Assembly: GCA_963805975.1 (NCBI GenBank)
Contig: CAWDVR010000006.1
Location: 96,001 to 160,000 of the forward strand
Length of the DNA: 64,000 nucleotides
Source of the DNA: an uncultured Acidobacteriota bacterium
GTDB taxonomy: Bacteria; Acidobacteriota; Thermoanaerobaculia; Multivoradales; SZUA-115
Direction: 5' to 3'
Shown here: positions 54,325 to 64,000 of the stretch, one piece after another
How the letters are laid out: the number at the start of each line of letters is the position of its first letter
Numbering within the stretch: the first letter of the stretch is position 1
The notes under the pieces: generated by a model
Seen by the model: the letters and a program-made list of their open reading frames with translations, nothing else
The model's database searches: none
What the model was told of the DNA's origin: nothing
Made by a program: the position numbers and the translations under genes

Positions 54325-56954
54325 CGAGCGATCTCAAAGTCCTGATCGGCAAGCTCAACCCGATCTGCAAGCGGGGGCTCGAGACCGCCGCCGCGCTCAC
54401 CGTGGCGCAGACGCACTACAACGTCGAGGTGGAGCACCTGCTGGTGAAGCTGCTCGACCTGCCGGCGACCGACCTGCACCCGGTGCTGCGCTACTACGGC
54501 CTCTCGGTGGCCGAGGTCACGCGCCAGCTCAACGCTGCGCTCGAGGCCTTCCAGCGTGGCAACAGCCGCACCCCGGCGCTCTCGCCCCAGATCGTGCGGC
54601 TGCTGCGCCAGGGCTTCCTCCAGGCCCAGCTCCAGCTCGACGGCGACGCGATCCGCTCCGGTGCGCTGCTCCTGGCGCTGTTCGAGGACGAGGCGCTGCG
54701 CGGGCCGCTCTTCGAGTCCTGCCCGGTGCTCGCCAGGATCCCCCGGCAGTCGCTCGGCGAGAACCTGCGCGAGCTGATCCGCGACTCGGCCGAGGAGGGT
54801 ACGCGCTCCGCCGCCAGGGCGGTGGGCGGCGAGGAGAGCGCCACCGGCACAGCGGACGGCGCGGCGCCCCCCGACGGCTCGGCCCTGGGGCGCTACACCC
54901 TGGACCTGACCGCCGAGGCGCGCGCCGGCCGCATCGATCCCATCCGCGGGCGCGACCACGAGATCCGCCAGGTGATCGACATCCTCACCCGCCGGCGCCA
55001 GAACAACCCCATCCTGGTGGGCGACGCCGGGGTGGGCAAGACCGCCATCGCCGAGGGCTTCGCGCTGCGCGTGGTGGCCGGCGAGGTGCCGCAGGCGCTC
55101 TCGGGCATCGCGGTGCGCACCCTCGACCTCGGCCTGCTGCAGGCCGGCGCCGGCATCAAGGGCGAGTTCGAGGAGCGGGTCAAGAAAGTGATCGCCGAGG
55201 TCAAGACCGCGGCCCGGCCGGTGATCCTGTTCATCGACGAGGCGCACACGCTGATCGGCGCCGGTGGCTCGGCCGGCCAGGGCGACGCCGCCAACCTGCT
55301 CAAGCCGGCGCTGGCCCGCGGCGAGCTGCGCACGATCGCCGCCACCACCTGGAGCGAGTACAAGAAATACTTCGAGAAGGACCCGGCGCTCGCCCGCCGC
55401 TTCCAGCTCGTCAAGGTGGAGGAGCCGGACGAGGACGCCGCCATCGACATGCTGCGCGGCCTCACCACCCGCCTCGAGCGCCACCACGGTGTCCAGGTGC
55501 TCGACGAGGCGGTGCGCGACGCCGTGCGCCTCTCCCATCGCTACCTCTCCGAGCGCCGCCTGCCGGACAAGGCGATCAGCGTGCTCGACACCGCCTGCGC
55601 CCGCGTGTCGCTGGCGCAGGAGACGCGGCCGAGCGCGCTCGAGGACGTGGAGCGCTCGCTCCGGCGGCGCACCGCCGAGCTCGAGATCCTGGCGCGCGAG
55701 GGCAAGGAAGACGCGCGCAGCCGGGAGACGGCGGCGGCCCTCGAGCGCGAGATCGAGGAGCTGGAGACGGAGCAGGCGGCGCTCGCCGAGCGCTGGCAGG
55801 AGGAGCGCGACGCGGTGGCCGAGATCCGCCGGCTCGAGGCCGAGCTCGCGGCACCCGAGGCGGGCGCGGGAGCGTCGCCGGGTCTCTCGGCCCGCCTCCA
55901 GAACCAGCGGGCGGCGCTCGCCGCCCTGCAAGGGCCGGAGCCCATGGTGCCGGCGGCCGTGGACTCGCGGGTGGTGGCGGCGGTGGTCTCCGGCTGGACG
56001 GGCGTCCCCACCGGCCGCATGCTGGCCGACGAGGTGGCGGGCGTGCTGACGCTCGAGGAGCGCCTGGCCGAGCGCGTGGTGGGGCAGCCCCAGGCGCTCG
56101 ACGCGCTCTGCCGCCGGATCGCCACCTCGCGCGCCGGTCTCGAGGACCCGGCCAAGCCCAAGGGCGTGTTCCTGCTGGTGGGGCCGACCGGCGTGGGCAA
56201 GACGGAGACCGCGCTGGCGCTCGCCGAGCTGCTCTACGGCGGCGAGCGCAATCTCATCTCGGTCAACATGACCGAGTTCCAGGAGGCGCACTCGGTGGCG
56301 ACGCTCAAGGGCGCGCCGCCCGGCTACGTGGGCTACGGCAAGGGCGGGGTGCTCACCGAGGCGGTGCGCCGCCGGCCGCACAGCGTGGTGCTGCTCGACG
56401 AGATCGAGAAAGCCCACCCGGACGTGACGGAGCTCTTCTTCCAGGTCTTCGACAAGGGCGTGCTCGAGGACGGGGAGGGCGTGCCGGTCGATTTCAAGAA
56501 CACCGTGATCCTGGCCACCACCAACGCCGCGAGCCAGGTGATTCTCGACGCCTGCCGCGACCTGGCGGCGCTGCCCGCGCCGGAGACCGTGGTCGAGCTG
56601 CTGCGGCCGGCGCTCCTCGCGCACTTCCGGCCCGCCTTCCTGGGCCGCCTGGTGGTGGTGCCCTACTACCCTCTGGGCAAGGCCGAGATCGTGCGCATCG
56701 TGGAGCTGAAGCTGGCGCACGTCCGGCAGCGCATCCGCGACCACCACCGCGCCGAGCTCTCCTACGACCGGGCGCTGATCGACTCGCTGGCCGAGCGCTG
56801 CACGGCGGCCGACAGCGGCGCCCGGAACATCGACCACCTGCTCACCCAGACCCTGCTGCCCGAGCTCTCCACCCGCATCCTGGAGCGCATGGCGCGGGGC
56901 GAGAGCTTCGAAAAGGTTTATATCTCGGTGGACGAGGCGGGGAGGTTCGTGTGA
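54321..56954 (+). CDS. tssH: T6SS AAA+ ATPase ClpV/TssH
   Basis: [100 protein letters not shown]. Confidence 0.95.
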   Translation: MTSDLKVLIGKLNPICKRGLETAAALTVAQTHYNVEVEHLLVKLLDLPATDLHPVLRYYGLSVAEVTRQLNAALEAFQRGNSRTPALSPQIVRLLRQGFLQAQLQLDGDAIRSGALLLALFEDEALRGPLFESCPVLARIPRQSLGENLRELIRDSAEEGTRSAARAVGGEESATGTADGAAPPDGSALGRYTLDLTAEARAGRIDPIRGRDHEIRQVIDILTRRRQNNPILVGDAGVGKTAIAEGFALRVVAGEVPQALSGIAVRTLDLGLLQAGAGIKGEFEERVKKVIAEVKTAARPVILFIDEAHTLIGAGGSAGQGDAANLLKPALARGELRTIAATTWSEYKKYFEKDPALARRFQLVKVEEPDEDAAIDMLRGLTTRLERHHGVQVLDEAVRDAVRLSHRYLSERRLPDKAISVLDTACARVSLAQETRPSALEDVERSLRRRTAELEILAREGKEDARSRETAAALEREIEELETEQAALAERWQEERDAVAEIRRLEAELAAPEAGAGASPGLSARLQNQRAALAALQGPEPMVPAAVDSRVVAAVVSGWTGVPTGRMLADEVAGVLTLEERLAERVVGQPQALDALCRRIATSRAGLEDPAKPKGVFLLVGPTGVGKTETALALAELLYGGERNLISVNMTEFQEAHSVATLKGAPPGYVGYGKGGVLTEAVRRRPHSVVLLDEIEKAHPDVTELFFQVFDKGVLEDGEGVPVDFKNTVILATTNAASQVILDACRDLAALPAPETVVELLRPALLAHFRPAFLGRLVVVPYYPLGKAEIVRIVELKLAHVRQRIRDHHRAELSYDRALIDSLAERCTAADSGARNIDHLLTQTLLPELSTRILERMARGESFEKVYISVDEAGRFV

Positions 56955-57018
56955 GCCGACCGCTGGCACGCCCCGTCGCGGCGGCGATCTCGGCGAGCCA
57001 TCGGAACAGGGTGGCTGC

Positions 57019-59100
57019 ATGAAGCGCCGCCTCCCGCTGCTGTTGATCGGCCTGGCCTGGCTCTGCCTGATGGGAGTGCTCCTGCTGCGCAACCGCGGCA
57101 GCCGCGAGGCCTATGCCGTGCTGTTCGTCGCGCTGCTGCTCGGTGCGGCGCTTTTCATGCTCTACCGCATCAACAAGGCGCTGGTCGCCAAGGGCAGATA
57201 CAACCGCGCGTTGCTCGACGCCATCCCCGAGCCGATCATCCGGCTGCGTCGCGATGGCACGATCCTCGACCTACGGCCGGGCAAGCACATCCCGCTGCCG
57301 CGACCGATCGAGGAGATGCTGGGCCGCGGTCTCGAGACCTTCCTCACCCCCGAGCAGATCCCGGAGGTGCTGGCCGCCATCGAGCGCGCGCTGGACAGCG
57401 GCGAGGTCGCCAGCCTCGAGTATCACCGCGAGATGGAGGGCGGGACGGTCCACCGGCAGATGCGACTGTGCCACCTGGCCGCCGACGAGGTGCTCGGCCT
57501 GGTCCACGATCTCACGCCCCAGAAGCGGGCGGCGGCGGAGCTGGCCCAGGCCAAGGAGGCGGCGGAGGCGGCGAACCGCGCCAAGTCCACCTTCCTCGCC
57601 AACATGAGCCACGAGCTGCGCACGCCGATGAACGCCATCATCGGCTACAGCGAGATGCTGCTCGAAGAGGCGGACGAGCTCACCAAAGAGGACTTTCTTC
57701 CCGACCTGGAGCGCATCCGCACCGCCGGCAAGCATTTGCTGGACCTGATCAACGACATCCTCGACCTGTCGAAGATCGAAGCGGGCAAGGTCGATCTCTA
57801 CCTCGAGCGCTTCGACGTCCGGCAAGTGGTGACCGAGCTGGCACCGACCATCGAGCCGCTGGCCGGCAAGCGCGGCAACCGCCTCGAGGTGGAGGTGGCC
57901 GATGGCGTGGGCGAGATGATCGCCGACCTCACCCGCGTGCGGCAGACGCTGCTCAACCTGCTCTCCAACGCCTCCAAGTTCACGGACCAGGGGCTGGTTC
58001 ACCTCGCGACCTGGCGCGAGCGCCGCGAGACCGGCGACCGCATCCTCTTCAAAGTGACCGACACCGGCATCGGCATGACGCCGGAGCAGGCGTCGAAGGT
58101 GTTCGGCGAGTTCGTGCAGGCGGACGTCTCCACTACCCGCAAGTACGGCGGCACCGGGCTCGGGCTCGCCATCAGCCGGCGGCTCTGCACGATGATGGGT
58201 GGCGACATCACGGTGGAGAGCCAGGTTGGGAAGGGCACCTCGTTCACCGTCGACCTGCCGGCGGTGGTCGGGGCCCTGGGACCGGAGGCCGAGCCGGCGG
58301 CGACGAAGGAAGATCTCCAGGCGGTCGCGGCTCCGAGCGGTCCGCGGGTGCTGGTCATCGACGACGACTCTGCGGCCCTCGACCTGGTCCAGCGCCTGCT
58401 CGAGCGCGAGGGCTTTGCCGTCAGCACCGCCGCCAGCGGCTACGAGGGGTTGGCGCGTGCCCGCGAGCTGCGCCCGGCGGTCGTCGTCCTCGACGTGCTG
58501 ATGCCCGGCATGGACGGGTTCACCGTGCTCGAGACCCTGAAGGAGGACGAGGCCCTGGCGGAGATCCCGGTGATCATGCTGTCGATCCTCGACGACCAGG
58601 CGACCGCCTTCAACCTGGGCGCCGTCGACTACCTGTCGAAGCCCATCGACCGCGACGCGCTGGTGACCGCGGTGACCCGGCACGCGAGCGGCCTCGCCGG
58701 GGCCTGCGTGCTGCTGGTGGAGGACGACGCGGGGGTGCGCCGCCAGCTCCAGCGCTTCTTCGAGCGCGAAGGCTGGGAGGTGGCGACTGCGGTGAGCGGT
58801 CGCGCGGCCCTCGATCGCTTCCGTGAACGGCGGCCGGCGGCCATCGTGCTCGACCTCATGCTGCCGGAGATGGACGGCTTCGAGTTCCTCGCCGCCCTGC
58901 GGCGCGAGGAAGGGGGCCGCACCGTGCCGGTGGTGGTGGTGACGGCCAAGGACTTGACGGCCGAGGACGAGCGCCGCCTCTCCTCGGTGGACGGCGTGCT
59001 GGTCAAGGGCGGGTTCAGCCGGGAAGAGCTGCTCGCGCAGTTGCGGGTACTAGTGACGGCCGGGAGCGCGGGCTCCGGCGTCTCATCCGATGCGAGGTGA
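57019..59100 (+). CDS. Hybrid sensor histidine kinase (2 TM, PAS, HisKA, HATPase, two REC)
   Basis: [39 protein letters not shown]; REC1 VIDDD..LDVLMP; REC2 LVEDD..LDLMLP. Confidence 0.93.
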   Translation: MKRRLPLLLIGLAWLCLMGVLLLRNRGSREAYAVLFVALLLGAALFMLYRINKALVAKGRYNRALLDAIPEPIIRLRRDGTILDLRPGKHIPLPRPIEEMLGRGLETFLTPEQIPEVLAAIERALDSGEVASLEYHREMEGGTVHRQMRLCHLAADEVLGLVHDLTPQKRAAAELAQAKEAAEAANRAKSTFLANMSHELRTPMNAIIGYSEMLLEEADELTKEDFLPDLERIRTAGKHLLDLINDILDLSKIEAGKVDLYLERFDVRQVVTELAPTIEPLAGKRGNRLEVEVADGVGEMIADLTRVRQTLLNLLSNASKFTDQGLVHLATWRERRETGDRILFKVTDTGIGMTPEQASKVFGEFVQADVSTTRKYGGTGLGLAISRRLCTMMGGDITVESQVGKGTSFTVDLPAVVGALGPEAEPAATKEDLQAVAAPSGPRVLVIDDDSAALDLVQRLLEREGFAVSTAASGYEGLARARELRPAVVVLDVLMPGMDGFTVLETLKEDEALAEIPVIMLSILDDQATAFNLGAVDYLSKPIDRDALVTAVTRHASGLAGACVLLVEDDAGVRRQLQRFFEREGWEVATAVSGRAALDRFRERRPAAIVLDLMLPEMDGFEFLAALRREEGGRTVPVVVVTAKDLTAEDERRLSSVDGVLVKGGFSREELLAQLRVLVTAGSAGSGVSSDAR

Positions 59101-59103
59101 CGA

Positions 59104-59481
59104 ATGGGGGCGAAGATCCTGCTGGTGGAAGACAACGAGATGAACCGCGACATGCTGTCGCGCCGGCTGGCGCGGCGTGAGTACGAGGTGGTGTTGGCCG
59201 AGGATGGCCAGCAGGGCATCGACCTGGCGCGCTCCGCCGCGCCCGACCTCATCCTGCTGGACATGAGCCTGCCGGTGGTCGACGGCTGGGAGGCGGCGCG
59301 CCAGATCCGCGGCAGCGAGCAGGGCGCCACGGTGCCGATCATCGCGCTCACCGCCCACGCCATGGCCGGTGACCGGGAGAAGGCCTTGGCCGCGGGCTGC
59401 GACGACTACGACACCAAGCCCATCGAGCTCGCCCGCCTGCTGGGGAAGATCGAGACGCTCCTCGCCAGGCGCGCGCCGTGA
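59104..59481 (+). CDS. Single-domain response regulator (DivK/CheY-like)
   Basis: ILLVEDN, LLDMSLP, ALTAHAM, YDTKP. Confidence 0.92.
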   Translation: MGAKILLVEDNEMNRDMLSRRLARREYEVVLAEDGQQGIDLARSAAPDLILLDMSLPVVDGWEAARQIRGSEQGATVPIIALTAHAMAGDREKALAAGCDDYDTKPIELARLLGKIETLLARRAP

Positions 59482-61115
59482 CCATGCCGGCCCAGGACCA
59501 GGGCCCGCTCGGCGGGCTCGACCCGGCTGAAGCGAGCCCCGGTGGATCGAACCCCGGCACGCGCACGCGATCCGTCTTCGTCGCGAACCTGCGCCAGGAG
59601 CTGCGCTCCCCGGCGAGCGCCGTCCTGAGCTTCAGCGTCATGCTGCTCGAAGACGCCGCGAGTCTCGCCGACGAGAGCTTCCGCGCCGACCTCGGCAAGA
59701 TCCATGGCGCGGCGCAGGAGCTGCTGACGCGGGTCGATGCGCTGCTCGAGGCGCGCGGCCCCGGTGCGGTGCCGGCGGCCGGAGCCAGCCTCGCGGCCAC
59801 CGTCCGCCACGAGCTGCGCACCCCCTTGAACCACATCATCGGCTACGGCGAGATGCTGGCCGAGGACGCGCCGGGCCTGGGTCACGAGCGGTTCCTTCCG
59901 GACCTCGACCGCCTGCTCGCCGCGGCGCGCCGGATGCTCGGCCAGATCGAGGAGGTCGTGGCCCTGCCCGGCCTGGAGTCGCACGAGGGCGCCGAGGCGG
60001 CCACCGGCGGCCTGTCGATCGGCGACGTGGCCGCCGCCCTGCGCCCGCTCCAGGGCCGCTCCCGTGCCGCCGGCAGCAGGCCCGGCAGGGTGCTGGTGGT
60101 GGACGACAACCTGATGAACCGCCAGGTGCTGGCACGGCGCCTGGAGCGGCAGGGCCACACCGTGGCGACGGCCGAGGACGGCGAGGAGGCCCTCGAACGG
60201 CTGGCGGCGGCGGACTTCGACCTCGTCCTCCTCGACATGCTGATGCCCAGGCTCCCCGGCCACGAGGTGCTCGACCGTATGAAGCGCAGCGAGCGTCTAC
60301 GGGAGCTGCCGGTGATCATGATCACCGCGCTCGACGAGACGGCGAGCATCGCCCGCTGCCTGGAGCTGGGGGCCGAGGACTACCTCACCAAGCCCTTCAT
60401 CCCGGCGGTGCTCGACGCCCGCGTCGGCGCCTGCCTGGAGAAGAAGCACCTGCGGGACCGCGAGGTGCTCTACCTGCGCCAGATCGAGGACGAGAAGCAG
60501 CGCACCGAGCGGCTGCTGCGGGTGATCCTGCCCGAGGAGATCATCCACGAGCTGCGCGAGACCCATGGCGTCCGCTGCCGGCGCCACCCGGACGTGGCAG
60601 TGCTCTTCGCCGACGTGGTGGGGTTCACCAGCTACTGTCACGGCCGCGACGCCGACGAGCTGGTGGCGGCCCTGCAGCAGCTCGTCGAGGGTTTCGAGGA
60701 GATCGCCGAGCGCCAGGGCCTGGAGAAGATCAAGACCATCGGCGACGCCTTCATGGCCACCGCCGGGCTGCTCGTGCCGGTGGAGAACCCGGTGCTCTCC
60801 TCGGTGCGGGCCGGCCTCGAGATGGTGGAGTGGTGCCGGAACCTCAGCTCGGCCTGGCAGGTGCGGGTGGGCATCCACTGCGGCGAGGTGATCGCCGGCG
60901 TTGTGGGCCACAAGAAATACCAGTTCGACGTCTGGGGCGACACGGTGAACACCGCCTCGCGCGTGGAGTCGAACGGCGTCTCGGGCCGCGTGTCGCTCTC
61001 CGCCGAAGCCTGGCAGCGCGTGTCGAGCGTCTGCCAGGGAACCTCGCGCGGCAACGTAATGGTGAAGGGAAAAGGGGAGATGGAGCTGTTCCTGGTGGAA
61101 GGGTTGCGCCCGTGA
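59478..61115 (+). CDS. Class III adenylate cyclase with two N-terminal HisKA-like helical modules and a REC domain
   Basis: NLRQELRSP and VRHELRTPLNHI; REC VVDDN..LDMLMP..KP; cyclase FADVVGFT, KIKTIGDAFM, FDVWGDTVNTASRVES (Lys/Asp pair indicates ATP specificity). Confidence 0.9.
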   Translation: MTMPAQDQGPLGGLDPAEASPGGSNPGTRTRSVFVANLRQELRSPASAVLSFSVMLLEDAASLADESFRADLGKIHGAAQELLTRVDALLEARGPGAVPAAGASLAATVRHELRTPLNHIIGYGEMLAEDAPGLGHERFLPDLDRLLAAARRMLGQIEEVVALPGLESHEGAEAATGGLSIGDVAAALRPLQGRSRAAGSRPGRVLVVDDNLMNRQVLARRLERQGHTVATAEDGEEALERLAAADFDLVLLDMLMPRLPGHEVLDRMKRSERLRELPVIMITALDETASIARCLELGAEDYLTKPFIPAVLDARVGACLEKKHLRDREVLYLRQIEDEKQRTERLLRVILPEEIIHELRETHGVRCRRHPDVAVLFADVVGFTSYCHGRDADELVAALQQLVEGFEEIAERQGLEKIKTIGDAFMATAGLLVPVENPVLSSVRAGLEMVEWCRNLSSAWQVRVGIHCGEVIAGVVGHKKYQFDVWGDTVNTASRVESNGVSGRVSLSAEAWQRVSSVCQGTSRGNVMVKGKGEMELFLVEGLRP

Positions 61116-61894
61116 GCCGGGCGCTCGCGCCGCACGTGGCGGCGGCGGTGCGGGTTCTGCAACCCAGGCAGGACCCGGCCAGGGAGCCCCGTCCGCGCGC
61201 CGCCCACGTCGAAGGTGCCTTGGCGGTGCTTCAGGCAATGCTGCCTGGTGCGGCGATCATGCATTCCGGCGCCGGGGCGGTTCCGGTCGTCGGTCAGCCT
61301 TCGATTCAGCTCCAGACCCTGCGGGGCGCCTCTCTGTGGCGAGGAACCAACGCGCCGCAGCTTCGGCGCGTCCAGGTGGTGCAGCGTAGCGACGAAACGA
61401 AAGGCAAACCCAAGCCGCGGGCCATGAGGGACTACTTGCTGGCCGACTGCCACTTGGGGGACTACGACCTACCCGTAGAGTCGCTCCTTCCCGCTACGTT
61501 TCACGGGGTTGGCATTGGCCCTCTGGACTCCTTCGGGCCTTCCAAGGGCTCCATCCTCAGGCTGCACTATCGCTTTGGGAACTGGAATGTCTACGTCCCC
61601 TGGCCCACTGTATGGACCGTGCTTGGAGACGGCTTTTGCCCGGCGCCGAACCGCTACGGCTACGCTCCGTCCGCCGAGTTCGGGAACCCCACGTTCCAGG
61701 GCGAAACCTCGGTTCGCAGTGATCTGAGCAGGGTGGAGCCATTCCCCTACAAGACAACCAGCGGCACCGTCTACACGCCGGAGGTCGAGTTCATCTTCGG
61801 TGAGGAGATCTCGACCACGACGTTGAGGCGGCTGCGGGATCTCGCCAAGCAAGACGGAGTCGCGAAGGCCGTCCAGGCGATCCTGAAGCGATAG
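61112..61894 (+). CDS. Hypothetical effector-like protein (APHVAAA leader, VVQR linker, lower-GC C-terminal domain)
   Basis: GTGA overlap with the cyclase stop; open frame to TAG 61894; composition appears to change after about 61380. Confidence 0.6.
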   Translation: MSRALAPHVAAAVRVLQPRQDPAREPRPRAAHVEGALAVLQAMLPGAAIMHSGAGAVPVVGQPSIQLQTLRGASLWRGTNAPQLRRVQVVQRSDETKGKPKPRAMRDYLLADCHLGDYDLPVESLLPATFHGVGIGPLDSFGPSKGSILRLHYRFGNWNVYVPWPTVWTVLGDGFCPAPNRYGYAPSAEFGNPTFQGETSVRSDLSRVEPFPYKTTSGTVYTPEVEFIFGEEISTTTLRRLRDLAKQDGVAKAVQAILKR

Positions 61895-61923
61895 CCGGCT
61901 CGAGCTAGAAAGGAAAGTTTCCC

Positions 61924-62637
61924 ATGCGACATCCCCCTGCCCAGGCCTTCTACTCCCTCGGCGAGCGCGAGGTGAGGGTCTTTTCGATCGGCCTCACGGC
62001 GCTCCTGGTGCTGACCTTCGGCGCCGGGCTGCTGGTGGGAACTTTCTGGACCGGGCCGGCGGTGGAGCAGGCACGGCGGGAGGCGGAAGAGAGGACCCGC
62101 CTCGCCGGCTTTGCCGAGGCAAACGAGCCGGACGAGCGCTCGCCGCCGGACACGGAACCGGTGCGCGCGAGCGACAGCGTCTCTGAGCCTGCTCCCTTCG
62201 CGGAGCCGCCGGCCTTGGTGGTGGAGCCCACGCGCCCCGCAGATCCCGAGCCCGCGGCGCGGGAGGACATCTTCCGCGCCTGGCCGGCGGAGGGAGCGCC
62301 GTCCGCGCGGCGCGTGGAGCCTCGCCGTAGCGCGCCCGAGCCCCCGCCTGCCGGCGAGCCTGCGCTCACCGCGCCCGCCGCCCCGGAGGGCGCCTATGCG
62401 CTCCAGCTCGGCATCTTCTCGGTGGAGAGCAATGCCTCGGCGATGGTGGCCCGGCTCGCCGCGCGGGGCTACGAGCCCTACCAGGTGGCGGAGCGGCGGG
62501 CGTTCCGGGGGTCTGCCAAGACCCTGTACTCGGTGAGGATCGGCGGCTACCCGACCTACGGCCAAGCCCAGCAGCAGGCGGCCGAGCTGCGGGCTCGCGA
62601 GGGCATGGAAGTCATGATCCGTCGACCGGAGGGGTGA
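61924..62637 (+). CDS. SPOR-domain membrane-anchored protein
   Basis: N-terminal TM, Pro/Glu/Ala linker, YALQLGIFSVESNA..L...GY...YSVRIGGYPTYGQA. Confidence 0.85.
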   Translation: MRHPPAQAFYSLGEREVRVFSIGLTALLVLTFGAGLLVGTFWTGPAVEQARREAEERTRLAGFAEANEPDERSPPDTEPVRASDSVSEPAPFAEPPALVVEPTRPADPEPAAREDIFRAWPAEGAPSARRVEPRRSAPEPPPAGEPALTAPAAPEGAYALQLGIFSVESNASAMVARLAARGYEPYQVAERRAFRGSAKTLYSVRIGGYPTYGQAQQQAAELRAREGMEVMIRRPEG

Positions 62638-62749
62638 GGACCCGCGCCCACGTCGTGGGTGCGATGGGGCGTCCGGCGAGCGTCCCTGCGCCCTCAGTCC
62701 AGCCGACCCTCTGCTCCAGTCGCTCAAGAACTGATGCACTGCCAGGATC

Positions 62750-62777
62750 TTGACCTTTCTCCGAATCGGCCTATACT
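62750..62777 (+). promoter_or_regulatory. Sigma70-type promoter for the DUF4157 gene
   Basis: TTGACC (62750-62755), 16-nt spacer, TATACT (62772-62777), ending about 46 nt before ATG 62824. Confidence 0.6.
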
Positions 62778-62823
62778 GAAGCGAGTCGAATTCCAGGATC
62801 TGTGAGCTATCGGCCTACGCATA

Positions 62824-63978
62824 ATGACGCCGAACCGCCTTTCCCAATCCCAACCTCACCGCGGCCCGGCCTCGGTGCTCCAGGGCACGTTCGTCGCGCG
62901 CCGGCCACACCTCCGCCTGCCAGCTATCGCCCAGCCGCAGACGTCGGGCAACTCCTTGCAGCTCCCCCAGAGCTTCCTCGGCCGACGCGGCGCAGGCAAG
63001 CCTTTGCCGGAGCCGGTGCAGCGCAAGATGGAAGCGGCGCTGGGGGCGGACTTCTCGGACGTTCGCATCCACGTCGGAGCCGAGGCGCCCAACATCGGCG
63101 CCCTGGCCTTCGCCCACGGCTCGGACCTCTACTTCGCCCCCGGTCTCTACGATCCCCACACCACCCACGGCCAGCGCCTCCTCGGTCACGAGCTGGCGCA
63201 CGTCGTCCAGCAGAGGAACGGCCGCGTGCGCAACCCCTTCGGCTCCGGGGTCGCCGTGGTGCAGGACCCGGCCCTCGAGGCCGAGGCCGATCGCCTGGGG
63301 ATGATGGCCGCTGCGCATTCGGTGCCGCGCGCGGTGGAGAAGGCGGGCCAGGCAAGTTGCCCGGGTGGCTGCGGCGCCTCGCAGCCGAAGATGGCTTCGA
63401 GCTTCAGCGTGCCGTTCGCCCCGCACGTGGCGGCGGCGCTCGGCGGGCGGGCGGCGGCCGGTGCTTCCGGCGGCATTCAGACCAAGGTGCAGGCCAAGGG
63501 GCAGGTCCAGGCACGGAGCGCGGCGGCCGCGGGCGGCTACAAGCTGGTGGTGGGGAGCTACCTCCACGGCACCGGCCGCGGCGAGCGGCTGCCCGAGGAC
63601 CTCGCCGGCCACACCTTCGTGGCCGTGCAGGAGCCCACCGGCCGGCAGCAGGCCTTCGGCTTCTCGCCGGAGAACTACGGTGACATGGACCCGCAGCGGG
63701 ACTTCGGCCGTCTGAAGAGCGGCGTGCGCGGCGCGGTGCACGACGACAGCCGCGCCTTCGCCAAGCCGGGCCTGCGCACCCGCGCCTACTCGATCAGCAA
63801 GGAACAGGCGCAGGCCGCCATGGCCAAGGTCGCCGAGTACAAGAGCCGGCACTACGACTTCAATCTCAAGAACCGCGCCTGCTCGAGCTTCGCCTTCGAC
63901 GTCGCCCGCGCCGCCGACGTCGACCCCTTCCCCGGCGCCAGCATCAAGGCCCCGCGCGAGATCCACCGGCAGTTGTAG
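62824..63978 (+). CDS. DUF4157 (eCIS core domain) protein with C-terminal permuted papain-like (His...Cys) domain
   Basis: MEAALGADFSDVRIH, ALAFAHGSDLYF, LLGHELAHVVQQ, LEAEAD; C-terminal GHTFV..AFGFSP..YDFNLKNRACSSFA. Confidence 0.85.
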   Translation: MTPNRLSQSQPHRGPASVLQGTFVARRPHLRLPAIAQPQTSGNSLQLPQSFLGRRGAGKPLPEPVQRKMEAALGADFSDVRIHVGAEAPNIGALAFAHGSDLYFAPGLYDPHTTHGQRLLGHELAHVVQQRNGRVRNPFGSGVAVVQDPALEAEADRLGMMAAAHSVPRAVEKAGQASCPGGCGASQPKMASSFSVPFAPHVAAALGGRAAAGASGGIQTKVQAKGQVQARSAAAAGGYKLVVGSYLHGTGRGERLPEDLAGHTFVAVQEPTGRQQAFGFSPENYGDMDPQRDFGRLKSGVRGAVHDDSRAFAKPGLRTRAYSISKEQAQAAMAKVAEYKSRHYDFNLKNRACSSFAFDVARAADVDPFPGASIKAPREIHRQL

Positions 63979-64000
63979 CTCGGCCTTCGCAGCTTTCGAG

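Noticed and set aside
32056-57092. Other long shadow ORFs (32056..35199 -, 42863..45163 -, 53903..57022 +, 54045..57092 -)
   Set aside because: They overlap the patatin, kinase, tssM and clpV genes in other frames, with no RBS or domain evidence.
1-64000. rRNA, tRNA, IS/transposase and integron features
   Set aside because: None recognised by eye; intergenic gaps are short and lack cloverleaf or terminal-inverted-repeat signatures. A covariance-model search was not possible.

Overview
This 64 kb window is very GC-rich bacterial chromosome. The gene style (IFxDGFE-type C-terminal tail, IPTL-CTERM signal, stand-alone TPR/HTH genes) suggests an Acidobacteriota/Thermoanaerobaculia-like organism, which is inference only. 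In order it holds: (i) a tandem-HTH regulator facing a TPR protein and a small secreted propeptide, a candidate peptide-signalling module; (ii) exported peptidases (M14, S33, S46, M16, S1C) with dusA, manC and an FHA-EAL gene; (iii) a ~13 kb surface-structure locus with two giant secreted proteins, three phage tail-collar paralogues, a Tat substrate, a GNAT and DUF6916; (iv) a membrane patatin/cPLA2-like lipase and a Ser/Thr kinase; (v) feoA-feoB-Cys-rich peptide-fur with a 7-1-7 operator; (vi) a T6SS core tssJKLMABC-hcp-tssEFG-clpV with no vgrG/PAAR in the window; (vii) a hybrid kinase, single-domain receiver and REC-adenylate cyclase; (viii) two effector-like genes (one DUF4157) sharing an APHVAAA motif and flanking a SPOR gene. 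The top novelty candidate is the surface locus. One DUF11 domain appears split between the two giant proteins (Lys/Asp half in one, Asn half in the other), suggesting a natural SpyTag/SpyCatcher-like covalent link. The second protein looks like a polyprotein with an internal IPTL-CTERM anchor fused to a second signal peptide. Several single-base frameshifts (DUF11 gene, tssC, tssF) look like long-read errors. No rRNA, tRNA, CRISPR array or IS element was recognised. All family calls are by eye from motifs; no searches were run.
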